A DNA stretch of 64,000 nucleotides from an uncultured Ruminococcus sp. (lineage in GTDB: Bacteria > Bacillota > Clostridia > Oscillospirales > CAG-272). The stretch covers positions 16,853 to 80,852 of the forward strand of contig CAZLED010000002.1 of the NCBI GenBank assembly GCA_964558485.1. Direction: 5' to 3'. Below are positions 19,077-28,578 of this stretch, in pieces. The translations under genes were made by a program, and so were the position numbers. Below the pieces are notes generated by a model. It made no database searches. It was given only the letters and a program-made list of their open reading frames with translations, and was not told the origin of the DNA. Within the stretch, counting starts at the first letter, position 1; every line of letters starts with the position of its first letter.

Positions 19077-20357
19077 TTACATTTCCTCCAATGCTACCGT
19101 GATCGTGGTGCAACCGGTATCCTTCAGCGCAGCCAGCACGTCCACCGGCAGGGTCAGGGATTCCATCTCGCCGGGTGCCACAGCGCTCTTTGCCTTCTTC
19201 ACCAGCACGTTGCCGTTTCCATCCGTGATGGTCAGCCGTACCTTCTTGAAAATATCCGTTACTCTAAAGAACAGGCGCACCTCTTCCTTGGGGTCTGCGG
19301 CAATGTCGATCCGTTCCGGTACCGTGTAGCGCACACCGTGTCCGGTCTGGACAGATACAGAATGTACGGTAGGTGCCGTTTTGCCCAGGATCTTTTCTGC
19401 GGCGGCCCGACCGGCAATGGCGGCTTCTTCGGATACAAAGTCCACCAGGTCGTGTACGTGCAGCACGTTGCCGCAGGCGTAGATGCCCTCGGTCTCCGTC
19501 TCCCGATTCTGGTTCACAAAGGCACCATTGGTCATCCGGTCGATGGCAACACCGGCGCCACGGGTCAGTTCGTTTTCCGGGATCAGACCCACGGACAACA
19601 GCAACGTGTCGCAGTCGTAGGTGATCTCGGTTCCGGGGATGGGACGGCGGTTTTCGTCCACTTCGGCAACGGTCACGGACTCCACTCTGTCCTTGCCGCC
19701 GATGTTGGTCACGGTGTGGGACAGGTACAGCGGAATGTCAAAGTCCTCCAGGCACTGTACGATGTTTCGTGCCAGACCGCCGGAGTAGGGCATCAGCTCG
19801 CAGACCGCCAGCACCTTTGCGCCTTCCAGGGTCATTCGTCTTGCCATGATCAGACCAATGTCACCGGAGCCCAGGATCACGACCCGCTTACCGGGCATAT
19901 AGCCTTCCACGTTCACGTACCGCTGGGCCGTACCGGCTGTGAAGATACCGGCCGGACGGGTACCGGGAATGTTCAGTGCGCCTCTGGTCCGTTCCCGACA
20001 ACCCATGGCCAGGATCACGCAGTCGGCAGAGCAGGTCACATACCCGGTCTCCGGAGACACATAGGTCACTTCTTTGTTTTCGGACAGGGACAGCACCATG
20101 GCGTTGACGGTGATGGTCAGTCCGGCTGCCTTTGCCATTTCGATATAGCGACCGGCGTATTCCGGACCGGTCAGCTCTTCGCCGAACCGATGCAGACCAA
20201 AGCCGGCATGGATACACTGGTTCAGGATCCCACCGGGTTCACTGTCCCGTTCCAGAATGCAGATGTCTGCCGGAGAGAGACCGTTTTCTACCGCAGAGAG
20301 AGCAGCAGCCAGCCCGGCAGGACCGCCGCCGATGACGATGAGTTTCTTGTGCATCAT
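19077..20357 (-). CDS. NAD(P)/FAD-dependent (pyridine nucleotide-disulfide type) oxidoreductase
   Basis: Two dinucleotide-binding motifs: IVIGGGPAGLAAA and VVILGSGDIGL. The start overlaps the upstream stop (ATGA). Confidence 0.85.
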   Translation of the reverse strand: MMHKKLIVIGGGPAGLAAALSAVENGLSPADICILERDSEPGGILNQCIHAGFGLHRFGEELTGPEYAGRYIEMAKAAGLTITVNAMVLSLSENKEVTYVSPETGYVTCSADCVILAMGCRERTRGALNIPGTRPAGIFTAGTAQRYVNVEGYMPGKRVVILGSGDIGLIMARRMTLEGAKVLAVCELMPYSGGLARNIVQCLEDFDIPLYLSHTVTNIGGKDRVESVTVAEVDENRRPIPGTEITYDCDTLLLSVGLIPENELTRGAGVAIDRMTNGAFVNQNRETETEGIYACGNVLHVHDLVDFVSEEAAIAGRAAAEKILGKTAPTVHSVSVQTGHGVRYTVPERIDIAADPKEEVRLFFRVTDIFKKVRLTITDGNGNVLVKKAKSAVAPGEMESLTLPVDVLAALKDTGCTTITVALEEM

Positions 20358-21820
20358 TCCTTGTCGCCTCCTTGGGTATTTTTGGGGACCACCAGCCAGG
20401 ACTTTCCGCCACGCTTGGTGACCGTTTCCAGACCGGCCTGTTCATGCTCGGCAATGATGGCTGCCACACGGGGAGAGCAGAAGCCACCCTGACAGCGACC
20501 CATGCCACTGCGGTTCCGGCTCTTCTGCATATCCAGGGTGATGGCCGGGATGGGAGAATCCAGTGCGTCCAGAATGTCCCCTTCGGTCACGGTCTCACAA
20601 CGGCAGATGATCTTGCCGTAGGCCGGATTTCTCTGGATCGCTTCGTTCTTTTCCTCAGCAGACATCTGCCGGAACAGCTTGTGGTTGCCGTCACGCCGTC
20701 TGGTGGGGATAAAGTTATCTTTGTCGGTGAACTTCAGACCGGCATCGGTCAGCAGCTCTGCAATGTATTCTGCCGTAGCAGGACCGGAGGCAAAGCCGGG
20801 GGATTCTACGCCCACAGCATGGACCACGCCGGGCAGCTGCTCGGAGTTCTTGATATAGAAGTCGTAAATATTGGGCGTCGGACGGACACCGGAGAAGGAG
20901 GTGATGGCGTTCCGGGTGTTCACCGAGGGCATGAGCCGCAGGGCACCGGAGGTGATCTCGTCCAGACCCGGCTGGGTGGTGCGGGTGTCGTCGGGATCGT
21001 CGATGGCGTAGGCATTGGGCCCAATGATCAGGTTGCCGTCCACGGTGGGGCTGACCAGGATCCCCTTGCCGCGGCTGGAGGGAACCACGAACAGAGTCGC
21101 ATTTGCCATGTTGCCGCAGATCTTATCCATCACGATGTACTCACCACGACGGGGCTGGATGGTGATGGGGAAGTCGTGCTCGCCCAGGATCTCTGCGACC
21201 TCGGCGGAATGCACGCCGGCGCAGTTGACTATGTACCGGGCTGCCACAGTGGTTTCTCCGTTGGTCACATAATAGATCCCACCGGCATGGGAGCAGTCGT
21301 CTACCTTGAAGTTGAAATAGAAATCCACACCATTGGTAGCGGCACATTCGGCGGCGGCAATGGTGATCCCATAGGGGCAGGTGATGGCAGCGGTGGGGGC
21401 CCAGAGAGAATGGGTGGCCTCCGGAGAAATGTTGGGCTCCATGCGGCGCAGCTCGTCCTGCTCGATGATCCGCAGATCCGGCACACCATTGGCGATCCCT
21501 CTTTCGTACAGCTCCTTCAGGTGCTTGGTGTCTTCCTCACCAAAGCCCACCACATGGGAGCCTACGTTCTTCACTTCCACATCCAGCTCACGAGCGATCT
21601 CCTTCATGAGCTTGTTGCCCCGTACATTGAGGCGTGCCTTCAGGGTGCCCGGCTTGGCATCATATCCGGCGTGGACGATGGCAGAGTTGGCTCTGGTGGC
21701 ACCCATGGCAACATCGCATCCGGCTTCGCATACGGCGACTGTGCAGGTCTTGGCAGAGAGATAACGAGCCGTCATCACTCCTGTGACCCCTGCGCCGATG
21801 ATCAATACATCGTAAATCAT
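20354..21820 (-). CDS. FAD-dependent oxidoreductase, GlpA/GlpO-like, with a BFD-like [2Fe-2S] domain
   Basis: N-terminal DVLIIGAGVTGV FAD motif. C-terminal ICRCETVTEGDILDA...CQGGFC BFD-type Cys pattern. Confidence 0.85.
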   Translation of the reverse strand: MIYDVLIIGAGVTGVMTARYLSAKTCTVAVCEAGCDVAMGATRANSAIVHAGYDAKPGTLKARLNVRGNKLMKEIARELDVEVKNVGSHVVGFGEEDTKHLKELYERGIANGVPDLRIIEQDELRRMEPNISPEATHSLWAPTAAITCPYGITIAAAECAATNGVDFYFNFKVDDCSHAGGIYYVTNGETTVAARYIVNCAGVHSAEVAEILGEHDFPITIQPRRGEYIVMDKICGNMANATLFVVPSSRGKGILVSPTVDGNLIIGPNAYAIDDPDDTRTTQPGLDEITSGALRLMPSVNTRNAITSFSGVRPTPNIYDFYIKNSEQLPGVVHAVGVESPGFASGPATAEYIAELLTDAGLKFTDKDNFIPTRRRDGNHKLFRQMSAEEKNEAIQRNPAYGKIICRCETVTEGDILDALDSPIPAITLDMQKSRNRSGMGRCQGGFCSPRVAAIIAEHEQAGLETVTKRGGKSWLVVPKNTQGGDKE

Positions 21821-22201
21821 GAAATTGTAACTTGCCTTTCTGTCTTCCGTGCTCCGGGCAGTCTGGCCGGGGAGACGGGACGGTATGGTAAAGGCGGCTG
21901 TTTTTTGACAGAGAAAACCGAAAAAATCCCGCTCTCGTCAGCAAACAGCATTCCTTACTATAAGTATATCACAAACCCTTGGTCAATACAACAAAAAATG
22001 CAAAAAATTTTTTGTGAGATTCTCCGAATCCTTTGGAAATTTGGGAAAGACTGTTGTAATTATGCGCAGAGTGTGGTATGATAGAGATAGAAAAGCCTGT
22101 CCGAAATGGATATGATTTGGCAAAAAAGCCAGTTTCGGGCAGAAGCAGGCATGACCCCACAAAGACATATGATCCCATCAAAGCAAAGGAGACGCATATA
22201 T

Positions 22202-23245
22202 ATGGCAGAAGAGATCCGTGAAGTGGAAATGAGAGAGGGCACCGCACTGACGGCCCAGGCAAGAGCGCTCATCGACGAAGTGGAAAAGGTCGTGATCGGG
22301 AAGCACAATGAGGTGGTACTGCTGGTGACGGCACTGCTGGCCGGTGGTCACGTGCTGATCGAAGACGTGCCCGGTACCGGGAAGACCACGCTGGCCTCCG
22401 CATTGGCAAGAGCAGCCGGACTGGACTTCAATCGTGCCCAGTTCACCCCGGACGTGATGGCGTCGGATATCACCGGCTTCAATGTATACAATCGACAGAA
22501 GGAACAGTTTGAGTTTAACGAAGGTCTGGTCATGACCAACATCCTGCTGGCAGATGAGATCAACCGTGCCTCGCCCAAGACCCAGTCGGCACTGCTGGAG
22601 GCCATGGAAGAATCCCGTGTGACCGTAGACGGCGTGACCTATCCGGTGCCGGATCCGTTCATGGTCATCGCCACCCAGAACCCCACCGGCTACGTAGGTA
22701 CCTATCCGCTGCCGGAAGCCCAGCTGGACCGTTTCGCCATGCGGCTGTCCATGGGATATCCCACGCTGACCGAGGAAGTGCAGATCATCACCGACCGCCG
22801 GAAGACCAGTCCCATGGAAAAGGTCCGTCCCATCACGGATATGGAGACCATCCGGATGCTGCGTGCCATGGTGCAGAACGTGACCGTCTCGCCGGAGATC
22901 GCCGAATACATCGTCACCCTGATCCACGCCACAAGAAAATCCCGGAAGCTGTCGTTGGGGGCGTCTCCCCGTGCATCCCTGCTGCTGATGAAGCTGTCCC
23001 AGGCCTATGCCTTCTTAAAGGAAAGAGACTACGTAAAGCCGGAGGACGTGGCGTTCGTGTTCACACCCGGCATCGCACACCGTATCGTGCTGAGCCAGGA
23101 AGCAAGACTGAATCGGGAAACGGCAGAGGGCATTTTGTCCGAGCTGCTCCGTGGTACCGACGTGCCCTTCCACGGGGAACGCTATTCCGACAAGCCCAAT
23201 CGCCGCCGGGAAGATCGGGACAACCGGGACAACCAGGAAGCGTAA
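22202..23245 (+). CDS. MoxR-family AAA+ ATPase
   Basis: From ORF 22106..23245, with the start moved to MAEEIRE (ATG 22202, AAGGAG upstream). Walker A DVPGTGKT, Walker B ILLADEINR, and the MoxR C-terminal lid. Confidence 0.9.
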   Translation: MAEEIREVEMREGTALTAQARALIDEVEKVVIGKHNEVVLLVTALLAGGHVLIEDVPGTGKTTLASALARAAGLDFNRAQFTPDVMASDITGFNVYNRQKEQFEFNEGLVMTNILLADEINRASPKTQSALLEAMEESRVTVDGVTYPVPDPFMVIATQNPTGYVGTYPLPEAQLDRFAMRLSMGYPTLTEEVQIITDRRKTSPMEKVRPITDMETIRMLRAMVQNVTVSPEIAEYIVTLIHATRKSRKLSLGASPRASLLLMKLSQAYAFLKERDYVKPEDVAFVFTPGIAHRIVLSQEARLNRETAEGILSELLRGTDVPFHGERYSDKPNRRREDRDNRDNQEA

Positions 23246-23257
23246 GGAGACCGAACG

Positions 23258-24931
23258 ATGAAAGAATCCCGTACAGGTCACGCTCCCTTCCGGCTCCATG
23301 GGGGACTGGCGATCTATGGTGCGTTGTTCGTCTTTTCGATCTTCTTCACCCAGGCACTGCGTTCCATTGCCTCGTCCCTGTTTTTTACGTTCCTGCTCCT
23401 ATACCCCATCGTGGCGCTGCTGTACGTGCTCATCGGTCGGCTGACGATCCAGGTGTTCGTGCAGGCTGACCAGACCCGGACGGAGAAGATGACGCCCACG
23501 GCCTATGAGATGCGGATCATCAATCCCACGCCGCTGGTCTTTCCCTTTGTGGAAGCGCATCTGCAAATGCCCCAGCCGGATGGGATCCGCTGTGAACGCC
23601 GCACCCTGCGCCTGACCCTGCTGCCGCTGGATAGCTGCCATATCGCAGAGAAGGCCGTTTTCCCCTATCGTGGCACCTATGAGATCGGTATGGAGGACAT
23701 TTACATCAGCGATTTTCTGCGGCTGTTCAGCATTCGTCTGCCCGTGGATATCTACACGAATATCCTGGTGATGCCCAGACGATTGGGAGCCGAGCGCCGC
23801 ACCAAGACCTCTGCCACCGATATTCCCAACGACAATGCCGCACTGGTCTTCTCTACGGAAAAGGCAGAGATCGGCAATATCCGGGAATACATCCCCGGCG
23901 ACGCACTGAAATCCATCCACTGGAAGCTGTCCTCCAAAACGCCACAGACCCTGATGGTCAAGGAGTTCAACACCAACACGTCCCGACAGGTGTACGTGCT
24001 GTGCGATTTTTCCTGCGCCATTCCACCGGACGTGTTTGCACCGGAGGAGACGGAAGAAAAGCCGGACAAACCAAAGAAAAAAGAAAAGGAAGCCGTGAAG
24101 CTCCAGACACCGGTGTCGGCGGAAAAGACGAAGAAGGGGAAGAAGCGCAAGGGCAGAACGGCTGTAGGCGAAGCGGATGCTGCCATGATCGACGAGCTGA
24201 TCGCCGGTACTGCCGAGCCCACCACCATGGGGATCCTCCGGGAGAAGCTGGCGGACAAAAGACAACAGCAGGTGGCAAGGCAGGTGCAAAAGCTCACGGC
24301 GTCTTTGGACGGAAACGGTGCACCAAAGGAAAAGGATCCAATGGCAGACCCGGCGTACCAGGCTGCGTCTCTGGCGATGGGTGGCCGGATCCAGACAAAA
24401 TACCGGGACGACATGGACGAATACTGTGCCGATGGCGTGGCGGAAATGGCCATTGCCGTGGTGGAAAACGAGCTGCGGCAGGGCAACGAGGTCACACTGA
24501 TCTGGATGGACAGCCGTATGGAAGACGGTATCGCCTGTGCGTATCTGACTTGTGTAGAAGACTTTGCGGCTTTGTACGAGACCTTTGCCACCACGCCGTC
24601 CTGCACGGAGCACCAGACCTTGGAACGACTGCTGCCGCTGATCACCGAATCCTTGAACGTGACCATCCGCATCTGTACGTCCCACATCGATCCGGTGTCC
24701 CTGGGACAATACGGTGCGATCCCGTCGCTGTTTGGCGGTGCCGGCAGTGGATGTATGGCAGAGGTGCTGCTGTTCAATCCGGAGGATCGATACGAAAACG
24801 TGTCCCTGCGCCGGGAATACGTTGCCATGAGCCGGATCCAGCTGGCAAAGGATGGGGTCGAGCTGACGGAGCTGTCGGTGGAAAACGAGACCGAAGGCAC
24901 GCCCATCCTGCGTGAAGTACAAAATAGGTAA
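23258..24931 (+). CDS. DUF58 protein with two N-terminal TM helices and a Lys/Glu-rich insertion
   Basis: SD AAGGAG. DUF58 signature REYIPGDALKSIHWKLSSKTPQTLMVKEF. Insertion EEKPDKPKKKEKEAVK...KTKKGKKRKGR. Confidence 0.8.
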   Translation: MKESRTGHAPFRLHGGLAIYGALFVFSIFFTQALRSIASSLFFTFLLLYPIVALLYVLIGRLTIQVFVQADQTRTEKMTPTAYEMRIINPTPLVFPFVEAHLQMPQPDGIRCERRTLRLTLLPLDSCHIAEKAVFPYRGTYEIGMEDIYISDFLRLFSIRLPVDIYTNILVMPRRLGAERRTKTSATDIPNDNAALVFSTEKAEIGNIREYIPGDALKSIHWKLSSKTPQTLMVKEFNTNTSRQVYVLCDFSCAIPPDVFAPEETEEKPDKPKKKEKEAVKLQTPVSAEKTKKGKKRKGRTAVGEADAAMIDELIAGTAEPTTMGILREKLADKRQQQVARQVQKLTASLDGNGAPKEKDPMADPAYQAASLAMGGRIQTKYRDDMDEYCADGVAEMAIAVVENELRQGNEVTLIWMDSRMEDGIACAYLTCVEDFAALYETFATTPSCTEHQTLERLLPLITESLNVTIRICTSHIDPVSLGQYGAIPSLFGGAGSGCMAEVLLFNPEDRYENVSLRREYVAMSRIQLAKDGVELTELSVENETEGTPILREVQNR

Positions 24932-24946
24932 GGAGGGAAGACGTCT

Positions 24947-27900
24947 ATGAATATACGATGGGATCCTGCTGTGAGATCATTTTTACGGAAAAGACGGCTT
25001 TCCTGGAAAAGCAAGCCTTCCCGCAAAAAGACGGAGCTGACTCTGTCCCAGAAGGTGGAGAAGCGGCTCACGGCGATGCAAAGGGAAGACCGGTCTGCCG
25101 AGGGTGAAGCGGTCTCTGTTTCGCCGGAAAAAAATATGAGCACCCTGATGACTGTCCTTGGCTGGCTGGGCAGGGCAATACTGCTCTTTGCCATCCTGTA
25201 CGGTACGGGTCTGTTCCTGTGCGATGCCCTGCGGCTGGTCAGTCTGACGGGCAAGCGACCGATCTCCGAGGTGGTGCTGTCCACCAAATATCTGCTGGGC
25301 GTCTGTGCCCTGTATGCGGTGTTCTTTTCGGCCTGTGCCTGGAACCGGCTGACCAAGTGGCTCCTGCCGATATTGGGGCTGGGCGGTGGCTTTCTCTGGC
25401 TGAGCCAGGCGTCGGACCCACTGCGGTATCTGTTTGAGGCCCTGCGCAAAACAGCCGACGTGGCACTGGACAACTTGGCCCAAATCGGCTACACGGCCTA
25501 CGTGCGCTACAGCTACGAAGGCAGCTACACCTACACCAATACGGAAGCACTGGTGAAGCTGGGCGTGGCGGTGGTGCTGCTGGTCTTTGGTGTGTTCTTT
25601 GCCATCGGTATGCTGCGGCGCACACGACCGATCCTTTTGACGCTGCTTCTGGCACTGGAAATGGTGCCGGTGTTTCTGTTCAATATCACCGAGACCAACA
25701 AGGGCCTGGCATGGCTGCTGGTGTCCATCTGGGGACTGCTCTGTCTGTGGTTCTACGATGTGCGATACGCCGTGGGACAGGAGAGAGCGATCGCCAAGGC
25801 AGCACTGCGCCGGGAGAAAAAGGCAGCGAAAAAAGCGGCTCGACTTGCCAAAAAGGAAGAAAAGCAAAAGCGCCGGATGCAGGAGAAGCTGTCCTATCTG
25901 ACGGTACTGCAGGACGGCGGCAGTCGCAAGGATGCGGTAGCTGCCAGACGTGCGTTCCGGAAAGCGGAGAAAAAACGCAAGCTGGCTGCAAAAACACAGG
26001 CAAAAAAGCTGGCACTTGCCAAAAAGACGGAACAAAAGGAAGCACGACTTTCGGCCAAGAAAGCCAAGAAGGAAGCCAAGGCTGCTGTGGTCGCCAAGAG
26101 ACGTGCTGCCGGTGATAATAAGGAAGCTCTGGCCGCACTGCGTTCCGGTGAAAAAGCACAGAAGAATGCACGGCGGGAACAGAAGCAAACCGCACGCAAG
26201 AGCGCCTGGGTCGAGAAGCGCACGAAGCTGCATGCGGCCAACCGGAAGATCGCCGGTGGTGGCTTTGCGGCGGTGCTGTCGATGGTGGTGGCTGTGGTGG
26301 CGATCTGGCTGCCGGCAAAAGCCATCGAAGAAAATTTCCCCATCATCGATGCCATCAACAACCGGATGCAGATCGCCCGGATGTACGTGACGGCCTACCT
26401 GATGGGAGATGACGTGGATCTGAACTCCCTGTCCCTGTACGGCGGTGTGTCGGAGCTGAATCCCCGGACGGTCAGCTTCGATTCGCCCCAGTTCACCGGA
26501 CAGCGTGTGTTTACGGTGGACAGTGGCTATGCGTCTCCGGTGTATCTGCGCAGCTGGATGGGGCAGAACTACGACCTTGAAACGGACACCTGGACCTCCG
26601 CAGACGCAGATGCGGTGCTGGACTACCGGAGCCGGTTCGGTTCGACCTTTACGCCGGACAGCATCACCACGGCCTTCAACGGGTATGTATATCCCAAGTC
26701 CGTGGACGTGACCCGGTTCGACCAATACCGGAATCTGGATGCCTATGGGTTCCGGGTGTTCCAGGTGAATGTACGGCGCACGGCAGGTTCCAGCAAGCTG
26801 CTGTTCGTACCGGCTACCATGAACACGAATCTGAAGCTCATGGAGTACGGCAGCATCCAACCGGTGAAGCTGAAATATTCCGCATACTACGATGGGATCT
26901 ATTCCTCTCGATTCTTTGGGGTAGACGATGGCTATTCCACGTCCTCGTTCGTACCGGTGATGAAGGATCCGGCGCTGGGAGAAAATCTGGAAAACTCCAT
27001 TCAATATTACAACGAAGCACTGCGGATCGCCGAACAGATCGACTTTATCGAGGATTCTGCCGAGCAGGGCATTTACTATGTGGACGATGAAGACAGCTAC
27101 ACCATGACCAACGGTCGGGACTACGTGACGGACTACAGCGGCCTGGTGATGGATTTTGAATCCTGGGCGAAAAATGAGCTTGGTTACAAATGGGACGGCG
27201 ACAGTCTGGTGTACCGGTATCTTGCCATGGACGACGAGGACAGAGAGGGATTTTTGGCTTCTCACAAAAAGGAAATGGCGTACCGGGAATACGTATATGA
27301 GACCTACACCGAATCCTTTGGCAGCGACGTGATCGCAGATTTGGCAGAGACGATCCTTGCGGAAAACGGTATTCGTATGGCAGAACCACAGGAGAATTTC
27401 ATCACGGATTCCCGTTGGGTCGATTACGAATCCACCTGGTTCTATGACCTGGAGACACGTACAGCCATGCCCCGGCACGATGTGATCATGACGGTCATTG
27501 ACTATCTCCGGGAGAACTACACGTATTCTTTGGAGCCGGCGGTGCCTATAACCACGGTGGTGGACGAGGACGGCAATGCAGTGGAGGTGCCGGATATCCA
27601 CTATGACAGCGACTTAGAAGCGTTTCTCATGGAGGTCAAGGAAGGGTACTGCGTCCACTTTGCCACCTCTGCGGTGGGACTGCTGCGGGAGCTGGGCTTT
27701 GCGGTGCGGTACACGGAAGGATACATTGCGGATGGCTTCAGTCGCAGCTACGCAGCCGATGCGGTAGCCCGGTATCGGACGGCGGTACGGGACAACGATG
27801 CCCATGCGTGGATCGAGGTCTACTACCCGGATATGGGTTGGGTACAATACGAGACCACGCCGACCTTCTGTGAAGCCATGTACGATGAAGAATACGCAGA

Positions 27901-28474
27901 GGCCACCACCAGCACCAGCACGTCTACCGGCAGCAGCTACACCAGCAGCGGCATTACGGAGACGGAAACGGAGGAAGAGGAAGAAGCCGAAGAGGACTAC
28001 AGCGATGAGATCATGGTCGCCATTGCCATTGTGGTAGGACTTTTGCTCCTGTTCTCGTTGGTGGTGTGGATCCTTGGCAAGCGAGCCGAAAAGGCTGCGG
28101 CACGACGGGAAGCCCTGATCCGCCAGACCGATGACAGACGAGAGTTTTCGGCCGGTCGTGTGGACGTACACCAGACGGCACGGGCGCTGATCGACTGCCT
28201 CTTTGCGCTGTTCCGGGGACTGGGACTGCCCAACGAGCTGGGTGAGCAGCCGACGGAATACGCACTGCGGTTGGAAAAGGAGATCGGTTCTCTGTCCACC
28301 ACGCCGCTTACGGAGATCATGGAGATCATCGAGCGTGAGGAATTCGGCGGTACGCTGACCTGGCAGGAGCTGCACGCTCTGGGCAAGTGCCTGGAGGATA
28401 TGTCCAAGGGAGCCTACGCCGGTCTTGGTTGGCGACAGAAGATCCGTATGCGGTATCTGCTGGCACTGCTGTGA
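24947..28474 (+). CDS. Polytopic transglutaminase-like protein (YebA-like), 1175 aa
   Basis: SD AAGGAGG. Several N-terminal TM helices, then a ~130-aa Lys/Ala/Glu-rich segment. Transglutaminase core EGYCVHFAT...DAHAWIEVYYPDMGWVQYETTP (Cys-His-Asp). Acidic S/T linker, TM helix and C-terminal helical domain. Confidence 0.85.
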   Translation: MNIRWDPAVRSFLRKRRLSWKSKPSRKKTELTLSQKVEKRLTAMQREDRSAEGEAVSVSPEKNMSTLMTVLGWLGRAILLFAILYGTGLFLCDALRLVSLTGKRPISEVVLSTKYLLGVCALYAVFFSACAWNRLTKWLLPILGLGGGFLWLSQASDPLRYLFEALRKTADVALDNLAQIGYTAYVRYSYEGSYTYTNTEALVKLGVAVVLLVFGVFFAIGMLRRTRPILLTLLLALEMVPVFLFNITETNKGLAWLLVSIWGLLCLWFYDVRYAVGQERAIAKAALRREKKAAKKAARLAKKEEKQKRRMQEKLSYLTVLQDGGSRKDAVAARRAFRKAEKKRKLAAKTQAKKLALAKKTEQKEARLSAKKAKKEAKAAVVAKRRAAGDNKEALAALRSGEKAQKNARREQKQTARKSAWVEKRTKLHAANRKIAGGGFAAVLSMVVAVVAIWLPAKAIEENFPIIDAINNRMQIARMYVTAYLMGDDVDLNSLSLYGGVSELNPRTVSFDSPQFTGQRVFTVDSGYASPVYLRSWMGQNYDLETDTWTSADADAVLDYRSRFGSTFTPDSITTAFNGYVYPKSVDVTRFDQYRNLDAYGFRVFQVNVRRTAGSSKLLFVPATMNTNLKLMEYGSIQPVKLKYSAYYDGIYSSRFFGVDDGYSTSSFVPVMKDPALGENLENSIQYYNEALRIAEQIDFIEDSAEQGIYYVDDEDSYTMTNGRDYVTDYSGLVMDFESWAKNELGYKWDGDSLVYRYLAMDDEDREGFLASHKKEMAYREYVYETYTESFGSDVIADLAETILAENGIRMAEPQENFITDSRWVDYESTWFYDLETRTAMPRHDVIMTVIDYLRENYTYSLEPAVPITTVVDEDGNAVEVPDIHYDSDLEAFLMEVKEGYCVHFATSAVGLLRELGFAVRYTEGYIADGFSRSYAADAVARYRTAVRDNDAHAWIEVYYPDMGWVQYETTPTFCEAMYDEEYAEATTSTSTSTGSSYTSSGITETETEEEEEAEEDYSDEIMVAIAIVVGLLLLFSLVVWILGKRAEKAAARREALIRQTDDRREFSAGRVDVHQTARALIDCLFALFRGLGLPNELGEQPTEYALRLEKEIGSLSTTPLTEIMEIIEREEFGGTLTWQELHALGKCLEDMSKGAYAGLGWRQKIRMRYLLALL

Positions 28475-28484
28475 GGATACAAAA

Positions 28485-28519
28485 ATGGACTATCTCTAAA
28501 ATGAGGTAGTCCATTTTTA
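28485..28519 (+). terminator. Rho-independent terminator of the MoxR/DUF58/TGase operon
   Basis: ATGGACTA (28485-28492) pairs with TAGTCCAT (28507-28514), followed by TTTTT. Confidence 0.7.
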
Positions 28520-28521
28520 AG

Positions 28522-28567
28522 TAAGAAGTCAGAAGTATGTTTACGTTATACTACTTCTGACTTCTTA
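28522..28567. repeat. Perfect 16-bp-arm palindrome built from the GTCAGAAGT motif
   Basis: TAAGAAGTCAGAAGTA (28522-28537) and its exact reverse complement TACTTCTGACTTCTTA (28552-28567). The same motif is reiterated at 36238-36465. Confidence 0.8.
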
Positions 28568-28578
28568 TTTCATACTTC

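Noticed and set aside
25780-26230. Repetitive-looking Lys/Ala/Glu-coding DNA inside the transglutaminase gene and a similar stretch in the DUF58 gene (about 24040-24160). Checked as a possible tandem repeat or CRISPR-like array.
   Set aside because: No exact DNA-level repeat units or spacers are present. The stretch is compositionally biased coding sequence in the correct frame.
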